Assembly: GCA_030390025.1 (NCBI GenBank)
Contig: CM059431.1
Span: 116,748,001 to 116,812,000 of the forward strand
Direction: 5' to 3'
Length of the DNA stretch: 64,000 nucleotides
From: Squalus acanthias
Taxonomy: Eukaryota
Shown: piece after piece, positions 50,728-63,446 of the stretch
Numbering within the stretch: the first letter of the stretch is position 1
Layout of the letters: each line of letters opens with the position of its first letter
Made by a program: the position numbers and the translations under genes
The notes under the pieces: generated by a model
The model's input: the letters and a program-made list of their open reading frames with translations, nothing else
The model's database searches: none
What the model was told of the DNA's origin: nothing

Positions 50728-51769
50728 ACGCTTTGCCCACAAGTGGTTTGAAGTGGAACATTTACCTATCTCATCTGTCCTCGCAGTTTCTGTATTCTGC
50801 TACTGCAGCCGATTCAACCACTCCTGTAGGTTTCAAGCACTCTGTTAAAATATGCACTCTGGTCAGTCAAAATGGAGATGAGAGTGTCGGAGTCTTATTT
50901 TACACAGATGAACAGTTAGATAATAATATTGCAACACATTATCTAGTTTGGCTGGCGAGAGTAGGAAAATAAGGTTGACTGTCAAGTTAAGTGCTCTGAG
51001 ATGCCTCTACGGAATGTGCACTATATAAATGCACATTGTTGTGATATCACCATACTGGTGAACTGTTCTGTGGCTCTTTGAAGGCATTTTATGGGAATTG
51101 GGAGCGCAGTACCCAATTCCACTGTGCTGGCCTGCTATTCCATCCAGTGTAACATTGTGGAGTTTCTGTTTAGTGAAGGCTTCTTCTAAAGTAGAGTTCT
51201 TTGAAAATTCAGTAAATAGTTTTAGAATAAAGTGTATATTTATAGTTTAATTTTTCCATATAATTAGATGGTATGTATTATTTAATGCTGATAATTTACA
51301 TTTGTTTTAATTCCAAAATAATTTTGAAATGCTGATGATACTTTTGCATGTTTTGCAATACATAAACAACACTCAGTTGTAACATTTTAGATGGCATTTA
51401 ACAAAATGTTTTTTTAAATCACCTTTCCCAGTGCATTCTTTTTCCTTTGAAGTCATTATTAACATTTCATATATACAGAAAAAAAATGTTTCTGGCATTT
51501 TCTTTCACTTTTTTTCTCTCCAAGAGGTGCTTTGCAATTTGCTTGCAGTTTTCGTATATGCAATTTAAAATGCACTTTCATATAATGTACACATATTATC
51601 TAAGGCATTATTTGAATTGATTGCTTCATGATGAATAAAGATACTGCATAACATGTTCAATCATTGAGGAACAGCAAACGACAAAGCAAACAGAATGCTG
51701 AAATATATAAGAAAAATGGTAGCTCGTCAGAAAAGAAATATCCTTCTACTGTACAGCACTGATCAAGCC

Positions 51770-52180
51770 CTGAAGGTGGTGCAAAGAGCCTCAAAATGGA
51801 TTCCTGGTGTCAGAAAGTTGAGTTATGATTAAAAAAAAGTGGATAATCTTTGGCTGTTAAACCTTGTTAGAAGGAGACAGAAAGTGAACCTCAAAGAGAT
51901 ATATAATACAGAAAATATTTTAGGAAAAGTTAATTCAGAACAATGTTTCAAATTAAAACAATAGGACAACTGAGAAGAGGTTCAAAGTAGTAAAATGCAA
52001 ATTTAGAACTGATATTAGGAAGTTTATTTCACACAGAGTGATCAATACCTGGAATAGATTTCTGCCTAAGCTAGTGGAGGCAAAAAGCTTTCAATAATTT
52101 AAGAAATAGTTGTAGGATTTCCCTGATTGGTTGCGTAAGATGGGCTAGATAGCCTTGCTCACTCATACCTTTCTTGTGAT
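51770..52180 (+). mobile_element. Old degenerate CR1 3' fragment
   Basis: Decayed remnants such as gtgcaaagagcc..ttcacacagagtgatcaatacctggaatag. Confidence 0.6.
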
Positions 52181-53204
52181 TGCTAAGGTTCAAATATTAT
52201 TTTTGTGTGGGGAGTTTTGTCATAATTTATATTACATTAATCAGGAATCGAGGTACTAGTCCAACTAAGATCCTCTGAATATAGAAAAAAAATTAGAATA
52301 TTATTATAACAGTATTGGGACTGGCCTGACACACCATTTGTTTTCAGTTGTTGCCTTCAATGGTGTATTTTATAGCTCACAATTAACAGAATTTTTAACC
52401 TGTTAAAAAGGAAAAGCCAAGTGAAAGTTGGGTTTACAATAGAGCAACTAGATCCAAATTCACCAAAATCTACCTCAACATTGACTCTGCTCCAACCATC
52501 CCAATCAGTTTGCTGCCACATATACTCCCGTCCAGACTCAGTTCGCAAAAGCACTTCCAGTTCATAGAGAATTTGTACTCCAACCTCCTCCCTCACATAG
52601 TTCACAGACACTCTCCAGCATTCCAATTTTCCCAGTTGATGTTGCCAATTTCTTCCTTCTGCCCCTCAATTCAACCTAGTATCCTCTCCCTCCCTTAGTT
52701 CAAGCCTGCACACTTCCCACCACTCCTCCAAACCTCCCTGTTTGAACTGTTACTCTCCCCCTCCCCCTAGTTCAAGATAAGGCTTTCTTCCACCCCGGTT
52801 CATACTTCACACTGTTTCTCGAACAGGTTCAGGGAATGACAGAAGATATATATAAATTAATGGAGACTGCAGAGTGAAAAAAAAAGAGAAATAATGATAT
52901 CAGAAAGAGAACAATAGAGAAAAGATAGGGGAAGGCGATTCACTCTGTGTGCTAAATGCAACAAAATTGTAAGCGTGCTCTTTATAAGTAGGATTAAGCT
53001 TTACTTACGCTGCAGTGATGATATCAAGCCCCACTGAAACAAAAGAAAAGAGAAAGAAACAAAGGAAAATAACCTGACAACAATAACTGCACTCCATAAT
53101 CATGGCAAGTAGAACATAGGGCAGAAACAAGTACATAGAGTGAATAATTACAAAAAACACTTGTTCAATAAATATTTCTCTACAATTAGCTATTTAAAAA
53201 TAAA

Positions 53205-54063
53205 GGCCGCGATTTTGTCATTGGATGCGGGTTGGGTGCGGGTCAGGTGGTTTCTGGCTTCCAGATCCGGCCCACGGACGTGTTTTTATGTTGATTGACT
53301 TTGTTAAGCCCACCCTGTGGGCTTGCCGGCCAATTAAGAGGAATCCGGTCAGATGACGTAATTTGATGATGCGTCATTTGCCGGTTTTCTTAAAGGGACC
53401 ACACACAATTTTTTTTGACAGCTCATTTCTCAGTGTTTGCCAGCATTGAGGTGCTGCAAACACTGACAATCACTGTACAAAGGTGAGCTCTTGCACCCAG
53501 GCTCTCTAGTGACTCCCTCCATAGGCTGGAACAGATGGCAGCTGCAGCTGAGGTGACAGGAGTGATCTGTCACTTGTGAGAGAGGTTCTCCCAATGAGGT
53601 GGCACTAGCCATCGTTTTCAAAACTTGTTACCTAAAGAAATGTGTAAATGCATTAAAAATGATTTTCCCAACATTTTCTTACCTCTGAGACTCACCAGTG
53701 CACCATTGGATCCTTCACAGCATTTCTGCAGCTGTCTTCAATGCAGTAACATTACAGCAGACTCACAACATGCCACACTTACCTGGCGTAGTGTCCGGAC
53801 GTCGGGAAGCCCGAGGCAGAAGTGGCAAAATTAAAAAAGAGCCTGTTAACTACTCTCAACTACCTATTAACAGGCAGGTAAGTGGCTTTAATCCTCTTCC
53901 CGCCGCTAGGTGTCGGGTCCATGCGCAAATCGGGGAACCGACACTTGGGAAAATTGTTTGGAGGTGGGTTGATGGCGGGATCGTAACCCGCCGTCAATCA
54001 GAATGATTTTAACGTTTGACCCACCTCCAAACCCGTCCTCTCAGAGCCGATAAAATCGCGGCT
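53205..54063. mobile_element. Non-autonomous Harbinger family B
   Basis: TIRs GGCCGCGATTTT / AAAATCGCGGCT in A-rich flanks; homologous to 5308-7628 without the LTR. Confidence 0.88.
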
Positions 54064-54355
54064 AAAGATACTGCAAAGATACAGGAGCAAATACATGCAG
54101 GAAACTATTTTTAAATATTGATGGCACACAAATAGAGGGAAGACTGCCAAATGTTATTTAATATAAAGAAATTCACAATAAAAGTAAAAAGTTCTTTCTG
54201 ACTAAGGATTACAGAAAGAGCAAAACAGTTTTCCACAAAACCAATAGAGACTGACTATAATACAACATGATGTGGAGATGCCGGCGTTGGACTGGGGTGG
54301 ACAAAAATGAGAAGTCGCACAACACCAGGTTATAGTCCAACAGATTTATTTAATT

Positions 54356-54394
54356 TTACAAGCTTTCGAAGCAGTTCGCTCCTTCGTCAGGTAA
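54356..54394 (-). ncRNA. Minimal type-I hammerhead ribozyme (mirror copy)
   Basis: Exact reverse complement of 56492-56530. Confidence 0.8.
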
Positions 54395-54612
54395 GTTAGC
54401 AATGAGAGAATCTCCCAGAATTCACAATTTAAACCCAGGCAAAATCTATTCACATTATTCCCTACAACAAAGAGCATAGCCAAGACAATGAGATGTGTCC
54501 CAGGGGGTCCAACGTGTCAAACCACCTGCTGGCTGCATATCCTGTCAATTTGTGTTCTTGTGTTAGTCTCTTTAAAAAAAAAACACCTGGGAAGACCGGC
54601 CATGATGTCAAG

Positions 54613-55440
54613 TCACGTTCTGTATCGTGACATGAACCCGATATCGCGATTGAGGCCATCCTCATGAGTGCGGAACTTGGCTATCAGTTTCTGCTCTATG
54701 ATTTTGCGCTGTCGTGTATCTCGAAGGCCGCCTTGGAGAACGCTTACCCGCAGATCCGAGGCTGAATGCCCCTGGCTGCTGAAGTGTTCCCCGACTGGGA
54801 GGCAACCCTCCTGCCTGGCGATTGTTGCGCGGTGTCCGTTCATACGTTGTCTCAGTGTCTGCATGGTCTCGCCGATGTACCATGCTCTGGAGCATCCTTT
54901 ACTGCAACGTATCAGGTAGACAACGTTGGCCGAGTCACATGAGTATGTACCGTGTACCTGGTGGGTAGTGTCCTCACGTGTAATGATGGTATCTGTGTCC
55001 ATGATTTGGCATGTCTTGCAGAGGTTGCCGTGGCAGGGTTGTGTGGTGTCTTGGTTGCTGTTCTCCTGAAAGATGGGTAATCTGCTGCGAACGATGGTAC
55101 TTTTGAGGTTAGGCGGCTGCTTGAAGGCGAGTAGTGGAGGCGTGGGGATGGCCTTAGCAAGGTGTTCGTCGTCATCGATGACATGTTGAAGGCTGCGAAG
55201 AACATGGCGTAGTTTTTCCGCTCCGGGGAAGTACTGGACGACGTAGGGTACTCTGTTGGTTGTGTCCCGTGTTCGTCTTCTGAGGAGGTCTATGCGGTTT
55301 TTCGCTGTGGCCCGTCGGAACTGTCGATCGACGAGTCGAGCGTCATATCCCGTTCTTACGAGGGCGTCTTTCAGTGTCCGTAGGTGTCCATCGCGTTCCT
55401 CCTCGTCTGAGCAGATCCTGTGTATTCGCAGGGCTTGTCC
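54613..55440 (-). CDS. PLE RT thumb, Cys-rich linker and GIY-YIG endonuclease (5'-truncated, open)
   Basis: Mirror of the + arm ORF, identical translation from GQALRIHRICS onward. Confidence 0.85.
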   Translation of the reverse strand, partial: GQALRIHRICSDEEERDGHLRTLKDALVRTGYDARLVDRQFRRATAKNRIDLLRRRTRDTTNRVPYVVQYFPGAEKLRHVLRSLQHVIDDDEHLAKAIPTPPLLAFKQPPNLKSTIVRSRLPIFQENSNQDTTQPCHGNLCKTCQIMDTDTIITREDTTHQVHGTYSCDSANVVYLIRCSKGCSRAWYIGETMQTLRQRMNGHRATIARQEGCLPVGEHFSSQGHSASDLRVSVLQGGLRDTRQRKIIEQKLIAKFRTHEDGLNRDIGFMSRYRT

Positions 55441-55445
55441 CCTAT

Positions 55446-56273
55446 GGACAAGCCCTGCGAATACACAGGATCTGCTCAGACGAGGAGGAACGCGATGGAC
55501 ACCTACGGACACTGAAAGACGCCCTCGTAAGAACGGGATATGACGCTCGACTCGTCGATCGACAGTTCCGACGGGCCACAGCGAAAAACCGCATAGACCT
55601 CCTCAGAAGACGAACACGGGACACAACCAACAGAGTACCCTACGTCGTCCAGTACTTCCCCGGAGCGGAAAAACTACGCCATGTTCTTCGCAGCCTTCAA
55701 CATGTCATCGATGACGACGAACACCTTGCTAAGGCCATCCCCACGCCTCCACTACTCGCCTTCAAGCAGCCGCCTAACCTCAAAAGTACCATCGTTCGCA
55801 GCAGATTACCCATCTTTCAGGAGAACAGCAACCAAGACACCACACAACCCTGCCACGGCAACCTCTGCAAGACATGCCAAATCATGGACACAGATACCAT
55901 CATTACACGTGAGGACACTACCCACCAGGTACACGGTACATACTCATGTGACTCGGCCAACGTTGTCTACCTGATACGTTGCAGTAAAGGATGCTCCAGA
56001 GCATGGTACATCGGCGAGACCATGCAGACACTGAGACAACGTATGAACGGACACCGCGCAACAATCGCCAGGCAGGAGGGTTGCCTCCCAGTCGGGGAAC
56101 ACTTCAGCAGCCAGGGGCATTCAGCCTCGGATCTGCGGGTAAGCGTTCTCCAAGGCGGCCTTCGAGATACACGACAGCGCAAAATCATAGAGCAGAAACT
56201 GATAGCCAAGTTCCGCACTCATGAGGATGGCCTCAATCGCGATATCGGGTTCATGTCACGATACAGAACGTGA
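55446..56273 (+). CDS. PLE RT thumb, Cys-rich linker and GIY-YIG endonuclease (5'-truncated, open; possibly Neptune-type)
   Basis: GQALRIHRICS, PCHGNLCKTC, NVVYLIRC..WYIGET..LRQRMNGHR, VGEHF, E..LI..F....GLN; no native start codon. Confidence 0.88.
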   Translation, partial: GQALRIHRICSDEEERDGHLRTLKDALVRTGYDARLVDRQFRRATAKNRIDLLRRRTRDTTNRVPYVVQYFPGAEKLRHVLRSLQHVIDDDEHLAKAIPTPPLLAFKQPPNLKSTIVRSRLPIFQENSNQDTTQPCHGNLCKTCQIMDTDTIITREDTTHQVHGTYSCDSANVVYLIRCSKGCSRAWYIGETMQTLRQRMNGHRATIARQEGCLPVGEHFSSQGHSASDLRVSVLQGGLRDTRQRKIIEQKLIAKFRTHEDGLNRDIGFMSRYRT

Positions 56274-56491
56274 CTTGACATCATGGCCGGTCTTCCCAGG
56301 TGTTTTTTTTTTAAAGAGACTAACACAAGAACACAAATTGACAGGATATGCAGCCAGCAGGTGGTTTGACACGTTGGACCCCCTGGGACACATCTCATTG
56401 TCTTGGCTATGCTCTTTGTTGTAGGGAATAATGTGAATAGATTTTGCCTGGGTTTAAATTGTGAATTCTGGGAGATTCTCTCATTGCTAAC

Positions 56492-56530
56492 TTACCTGAC
56501 GAAGGAGCGAACTGCTTCGAAAGCTTGTAA
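56492..56530 (+). ncRNA. Minimal type-I hammerhead ribozyme in the PLE 3' region
   Basis: ttac-CTGACGA-a-ggagc(gaact)gcttc-GAAA-GCTT-gtaa; palindromic AAGCTT replaces stem III; predicted cut after 56526. Confidence 0.82.
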
Positions 56531-56671
56531 AATTAAATAAATCTGTTGGACTATAACCTGGTGTTGTGCGACTTCTCATTATAATACAACAGACTGAGTA
56601 TATAAATATAAAACACACTGGGAAAATAGCAACTATTGTATACTACCAAGTGTTATGTAACCAAGCATTAT

Positions 56672-57719
56672 GGGCAGGATTTTCCCTGTGGAGGCGGGAT
56701 GGCGGCGGGAGAGCTGGTTGGCGTTTTTCCAGTCCTGCTCCCGTCTGCAGCCCCTCTCTGAAAATGATTTTCCGTAGATTGGCCTTGTTAAGCCCGCCCT
56801 GCGGTGTTCCTGGCTAATTAACAGGAAGCGGGTCTGATGACTTCATTTGATGACGTGTCATCAGCCAGTTTCCTTAAAGGGACCACGGCCACATTCATTT
56901 TGACAGTTGTGCTGTCAGGACGATTTTGCCAGCCCTGGGGAGGTGGGTATGGAGGCGGGATTGCTGGGAAAATTGCAGAATTTGGGGGCGGGTGGCAAAC
57001 CTGCCCCCAACCCATCTCCATGCCATCTTCCCAGGAGGCAGGTTGCTGTCTCGCGCCGGGTCCCGTCTCCTTGGAGGTGGGAAGGGATTAAAACCTATCA
57101 ACTGCCTGTTAACAGGTAGTTAACAGGCAGAAAATAGGATTATCCCGTTTTTGCCCTCACAAGTGCGGGCTTCCCGATGGCTCCAAAACCCGCCAGCGAG
57201 GCGAGGCGAGTACTGGGTCTGTGGGGGTCGGGGTGGTGCAAAAGTGTGCTGTGAAGGTAAGTGAAGGGTGCAAGAGTGTAGAGGTGAGTATCTGAGGTAA
57301 GTCCTAAGTGTTTTTAAAAGTGTACATACCTTTGTTTCTTCCTGTAGGCTTCAGTCGGTTTCTATGCGGGGAGTCTCGCACCTCCGTGTTGCAGATGAGA
57401 GATGGCCGTTGCATTCTCAGATGCAACAAACATCCCAATTCTGTAAAAGAAAGAAGGTTGATGAGGTCTTGTATGCAAGACCTCATCAAACTGCAGAGAA
57501 TGTCACTTTTTGATAGCTTCACAGAGCTGTCAAACAATGACAATTCATCTGTCCAACGCGCCTCCACTCACAAAACCGCTCCCTCAGTGTTCTGCAGCAT
57601 TGAGGTACTGCAAACACTGACAAGCACTGCACAAAGGTCTGCACCCAGGCTCACACATGACTGCCTCCATATGCTTACGCCTCCAAACCCGCCCTCTGAG
57701 CACCGGCAAAGTTCAGCCC
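56672..57719. mobile_element. Non-autonomous Harbinger, internally rearranged
   Basis: TIRs GGGCAGGATTTT / AAAGTTCAGCCC; TAT TSD at 56669-56671 and 57720-57722. Confidence 0.82.
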
Positions 57720-59024
57720 TATGTGACAGACAAACTGTGCCACTTTTAACAAAGAAAACTCCAATCACAGCACCAACCTGCAGGTTTAAGAGGTATTGCA
57801 GATAAATGTGAATATCTTTATAATGGCATTTCCCAATAGTGAATTCTAACGTAAGAGTTTTCAATGCAACGCACACGACATAACCAAATTTAATACTTAA
57901 AATACACACAAACTATTGCTCTTCATTCATTTGATTTTTTTTTGTCTATTTGCCTGGTCTACACTGGATGACACACATTCTTTGATTGTTGTAATTATAT
58001 TGAATGAGAACTATTTATTTTCTGCGGTCAAATAATCATGTAATTCCACGCGAATGGTATCATTAATAGGGAAACTAAAATTAGCGGATAAATAGTTGGC
58101 CAACACTGTTTCAGAAGGAAGAGTCCTGCCTGACCAAACTTCCTTCCATTTGAGGATGTGACATTCCAAGTGGACATTGGAAAGCCTGATGATATATTAT
58201 ACCTGGACTTCCAGGAATCTTTTGCTAATATCACACACTGGCATGAAGGGGAAGGATTCAAGAGGCAGTTAGATGCTATCAAGTCGGTTTCTAAGGAAGG
58301 ATGAAGCTAGATGAGCCAACTGGCCTCCCTCGTCTGTATTTATATTTGTGATCTTTTTAACATTTACCCATTCATGATAAAGATGTTATTATTATTTCAA
58401 ATATAAGTTTCCTTTGCTTTTGTTTAAGCTTTTATTAGGTGTGCCCCTCTATAATGGGGGAACTTTTTGTGAGTTTTCTGTTTGTTTGATGACACGGGCA
58501 ACCCAGTGTCTCCTTATCATTTTGAGTAAAAAGAAGCATCTGTGGAGAGAGCACGCCGATGTTTCGGGAACTATTTCTTCCTCATTTTTGGACTTGTTAC
58601 GTGCGTCATGCTTCAAATTTGCTCACTCTGTGGCTGGGGCTGTGTTCACTTACCGCATGCTAGTTGTAATTCTTATTTGTCAATTATATTGGTTAAGGAG
58701 TGAGTAAACAACTTTACAGCGGGTTAGACCAGAATGACTGCTCTGTTCTGTGTTACCACTGACTCATAAGAAGAGCTCAAAGGTAGCCCACTAAATAAAA
58801 GGATGTGGAACTGTGCCCAAAAGAGTTACAATCAAAGTCCAGTAAGAGGAAATTAAACCCCAAAATGAAAAGCTCTGATGACATGAGAATGAACTTGAAT
58901 CATTTAAGTCATGGGAATCCCCAAACTGTGTATCACACAATATACTGACAAAATATATTATTTTCCAAAACTATTCATTCATTTTTCTTCTATCGATGAA
59001 CTTTGAGTTATCTTGATCAAGTAA

Positions 59025-59330
59025 AGACTTGCATTTATATAACGACTTTCACAACCCCAGAGCACTTGACAGCCAGAGAATTACTTTTCTGAAGTGTAAT
59101 CACTGTTGTAATGTAGGAAATGCAGCAGCCAATTTGTGCACAGCAAGCTCCCACAAGCAGCAATGTGATAAAGACCAGATAATCTGTTATTAGGTGTTGG
59201 TTGAGGGATAAATATTGGCCAGGACACGGGGGAGAACTGCACTGTTCTCCTTCAAAATAGTGCCATGAGATTCTTTACGCCCACCTGAGAGGGCAGACAG
59301 GGTTTAACGTCCCATCTGAAAGTCGGCATC
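59025..59330 (-). mobile_element. Deu-domain SINE, headless
   Basis: aaagacttgcatttatata.. is the reverse complement of the SINE tail and body. Confidence 0.85.
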
Positions 59331-60319
59331 TCTGTGATGTCACCACATATGATGCCATATGCTGTCTCTAATTGGCAGCTGTAAAGATAAAGTGAAACAA
59401 GAAACCAATGAGAGATACCAATAAGTGTATAGGTGTCACACTTTATGACAGTGAAGTTTGGAGATTTCCATCGCATGAATTCTTATATGAGAGTTCACTG
59501 TACTGTTTTTAATTGAAAATGTAAGTGAAATTATAACCATTCTGAGAGGGTAGTTAGTCTGATAGAATATTTAACGAGGGTAGAGTATGGTTAATACCTC
59601 TACAAGTAGCTGATCTGACACTTAATCACCATCAAGATCTATTGCAAACTATATCATGAATACTGATAAAAACTATCAGTGTTAAAAATCTGAAATAAAA
59701 ATAGAAAATTCTTGAAAAGCACAGCAAATCCACCTGCTCCTGTAGAGAGAAAAGATAGGCTAACCTCTTGGGTGTAGAGTCTTCATCAGAACTGAATACA
59801 AAGTTTTATCAGATTGCAGCAGCATCCCAATATTATTCTACTTCTAACACCTTGGAAAAAAAAAATAATTGGTTAATGTCCGTTCAAAACCCATTGAGAA
59901 TATTTCAGCACTACCGATGAATGTTGTCATGTGACAATCCCAAAATACACTAGAAAACAGCATCTTATATTACTGTAGCATGCAAAGGCAGGTTCATCTG
60001 TTGTGAAATGAAAGGCTGTTGTACAGCTGTCAGAGTCTGTGTTTTGTGATATGGAAATCCAACAAATTTCCCAGTTGTTCCTGTTAAAATATGTTTTTAG
60101 AAGTTTCTTACTGCAGATCAAAGAAACAACCAGAACAATGTAAAGGTAGTAATGTGTAATGCAACAGAAAGAATCTTGTGAGGCAGGGTTAGAGAACCCT
60201 ATTATCTCCTTGCTGGGGTATAGTTCCACAGCCATGAAAAACCCTTGGGGATCTTTCCTAAATGAATGGAATTTTAATCTATTTCTTTAATATTGATTCA
60301 GTTGGTTCCTTGTACTGTG

Positions 60320-60944
60320 TAGAATCATAGAATCTTAAAGCACAGAATTCTTCCCGTTGAAAGAGCTGTCCAATTTAGACCCACACCCCAGCTTTTTTCC
60401 CCAAACCATGCAAATTAGTCCTCTTCTGTGTCCATGTCCAATTCCCTTTTGTAAGTTCCTATGAGATCTGTTTCCACCACACTTTCAGGTAGTGCTTTCT
60501 AGATCTTAATCACCCTCTGTGTGAAGAAATTTCTTCTCATTTCCACTCTAGTTTTGACAATGATTTTAAATCTATGAACTCTGGTTACCGACCCACTATC
60601 CAGAGGAAATAGTTCCTGCCTACTTGCTTTATCAAAAACCCCTTATAATTTTGAACACCTCTATTAGGACTTCCCTTAACCTTCTCTGTTCTAAGGAGAA
60701 CAAACCCAGCTTCTCCAGTCTCTCCACATAACTGAAGTCCCTCATCCCTGGTATCATTCTGGTAACATGGTACCCTCTCCATGGCCTTGACATCTTTCCT
60801 AAAGTGTGGTGCCAAGAACTGAACACACTACTCCAGCTGAAGCCTAACCAGAGATTTGTAAAAGTTTAGCATGACTTCCTTGTTTTTGTATTCAATGCCC
60901 CTATTTACAAAGTCAAGTATCCCATATGCTTTCTTAACTGCCTT
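60320..60944 (-). mobile_element. CR1 LINE 3' portion
   Basis: ORFs 60632..60826 and part of 60828..61013 (KKAYGILDFVNRGIEYK); tagaatcatagaatc tail. Confidence 0.88.
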
Positions 60945-61243
60945 AGAAACATAGAAACATAGAAACATAGGAGCAGGAGTAGGCCATTTGGCCCTTCGAG
61001 CCTGCTCCGCCATTCAATATGATCATGGCTGATCATCTAACTCAATACCATATTCCTGCTCTCTCCCCATACCCCTTGATGCCTTTTGTGTCTAGAAATC
61101 TATCTATCTCCTTCTTAAATATATTCAGTGACTTGGCCTCCACAGCCTTCTGTGGTAGAGATTTCCACAGGTTCACCACCCTCTGAGTGAAGTAATTTCT
61201 CCTCATCTCAGTCTTAAATGTCCTACCCCATATCCTGAGACCC
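60945..61243 (-). mobile_element. CR1 LINE 3' end
   Basis: (AGAAACAT)n tail; ORF 61042..61245 EMRRNYFTQRVVNLW. Confidence 0.9.
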
Positions 61244-61517
61244 ATATCAACTGTAGCCTTGCAATTTAGGGTACATTTAGTTATAAGGGGAAATTTTCTG
61301 AGTTTTCATTCACACAAAGATACCTCAATCAGTTCATATTGAAAATTTCTGCAATATGTCCGCGATTTTCCAATATGCATTGGCAGTAGGTGAGATACCT
61401 AGATACAGACAAGGATATAAAAAATCTACCCTGCAGTGTTAAAGTGCAGCCTGAATCTAGAAATAGGGCTTGATCTGGCACCAGTGCGAAGAGGAGTGAT
61501 ATTCTCTGGAGGAGGAG

Positions 61518-61775
61518 GAGATGAGGAGAAATTTCTTCACTCAGAGGGTGGTGAATCTTTGGAATTCTCTACCCCAGAGGGCTGTGGAGGCTCAGTCGTT
61601 GAGTATATTCAAGACATAGATCGATAGATTTTTGAATATTAAGGGAACCAAGGGATATGGGGATAGTGCAGGAAAGTGGAGATGAGGTAGAAGATCGGCC
61701 AAGATCTTATTGAATGGCGGAGCAGGCTCGATGGGCCGAATGGCCTACTCCTGCTCCTATTTCTTATGTTCTTAT
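61518..61775 (+). mobile_element. CR1 LINE 3' end
   Basis: gagatgaggagaaatttcttcactcagagggtgg..cctactcctgctcctatttcttatgttcttat. Confidence 0.9.
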
Positions 61776-62686
61776 TTGCTACCCACTTTGCTTCAGAGTC
61801 AGTTGACCTCCAATAAACACTCCGCAAGTTTATGACTGGTGCAAAGTCGAATCGACTTCACATCAACACGAAATCTGTAGTGTGAATACACCAATAATAT
61901 AAGAGCTACTCGTTTGACGATGTGTAGTATATAAATGGTTACATAAATCCATAAAGTGCAACGTTATTTTTTCATTCCTCTGCGTTCACTTCTCCTGTTT
62001 CATAGGTTGCATCCTTAAAACATTTACACCTCTCTAAATGCTGGGCGTAATTGATAATGTCAAATCAAATCACTCGTAACTGCTAGTTAATGAGTTTCCT
62101 GCCCATCAGTTATAAAAAGCAGTTCTCCGCATGCATTCTGTATTCAGTACATGTATGCATCTGTCCCTTTAGAATGTACATTCCGTGCTGCTTGAAGCAC
62201 TCATGATTGTAATTCATCTTTAAAGGTGTATTGGGTTGGTAAAGGTTTCACTGGTAAGTTTTCATTACATTCTCCTGAGGAACATTTTGATGCAGTAATA
62301 GGCTGCAGGGCAGCAGTGACTCAGGAGAGAACCCTTGCACTGCAGAATTTCTTGTACTAAAATAGCTAACAAGAGGTTTCACGACTGAGGGGCTGTATTT
62401 GTTAATATACAAATGTTGACTTTAGTGGAAGTAAAGAGATGTGATATTGTTTTCAGGGGGATAAGTATTGCAATCAATTCCTGATACCAGAATCAACATT
62501 TGCTTCTCAACCCTGTTGTAAAAACTGCAATAAGGTGAACAGATTTTGCAGCTCAGCATATCATTTTTGATTCTATATCAAGTTGAAATGCAACAGAAAC
62601 TACCCTCTTCCTTCTAGCTTCATATCCTGTTTGTGGTCACTGCAGGACATCGAATATTCTTTCAGAAACCGTCAACTTAAGAGGAT

Positions 62687-63446
62687 GGGCTAGAAATTGG
62701 CCTCCTTAATGCCTCCCGTTATCATCTGCAGGGGGCGATAATGGGGTGCTAAGCACTTACCAACCGGGCGTGGCGAGAAGATCGCCTCCCGCTAAATTGG
62801 GCGGGAGGTTTGCGGTGGCGGTATGGCGTTGCGGCCCGATCTCCTTCGCCCAGAGATCGTGACGTCATCAGCGTGCCCATCGCCCAGGTAGCGCCCCAGA
62901 CCTGAACTTCAGTTCCGCCCCCTGCAGCATCGCCGGGCGAAAACACCGGCAGCTGCAGGAGGCATTCATCGGGAGGCCGGGTGCTTCGGAGGCGATACTT
63001 AAAGGCGAGGTGGCCGAGGTAAGTGGAAAAAATTCTGAAATGCTCGTTATCTTTTTTTTTCATTTCTCTTCGCCAGCGATCGATCAGCCCGGCACTCTGC
63101 TGCAGTGCATCGGGCTGATCAGGCCGGATCACGGCTGCCGTCGGGGGCCAGGTAAGTTTTTTCCTTGCCGAGCCTGCAGCGACGGCCCTTCCCTTTAAGG
63201 AAGGGAAGGAGTCTTCCAACGCAGCAGCGCTGCATGGCCCATTGTACAGCGCTGCTCACCTACCGCCCCGCCTGCTGCCTGCTACGCTCCAGGAAGGAAG
63301 TGGAACGCTTGATTTACTGCTCCACTTCCTTCCTGGAGCGCAAACACCGAATTTTTTAAAAGATGAAAAGCATTAGTGCCTGCCGCTAATTGTTTCAACT
63401 TTTAAAAGTTAGCCCCCCAAACGGGGCGATACCAAATTTCACCCCC
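62687..63446. mobile_element. GC-rich Harbinger-type MITE
   Basis: TIRs GGGCTAGAAATTGG / CCAAATTTCACCCCC; imperfect TSD GAT/AAT. Confidence 0.72.

Larger units (their letters stand above)
54268..56580. mobile_element. Palindromic Penelope-like retroelement insertion (two head-to-head 5'-truncated copies)
   Basis: Arms 54306-55440 and 55446-56580; spacer CCTAT; tail 54268-54305; TSD TATAATACAACA at 54256-54267 and 56580-56591. Confidence 0.95.

Noticed and set aside
55374..55445. N-terminus MSVGVHRVPPRLSRSCVFAGLV of the two 299-aa ORFs as a real protein start
   Set aside because: It is antisense sequence from the opposite arm read through the palindrome centre, and the catalytic RT core is absent.
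58875..58950. C/D box snoRNA (TGATGA...CTGA)
   Set aside because: Imperfect C box context, no terminal stem and no guide target I can identify.
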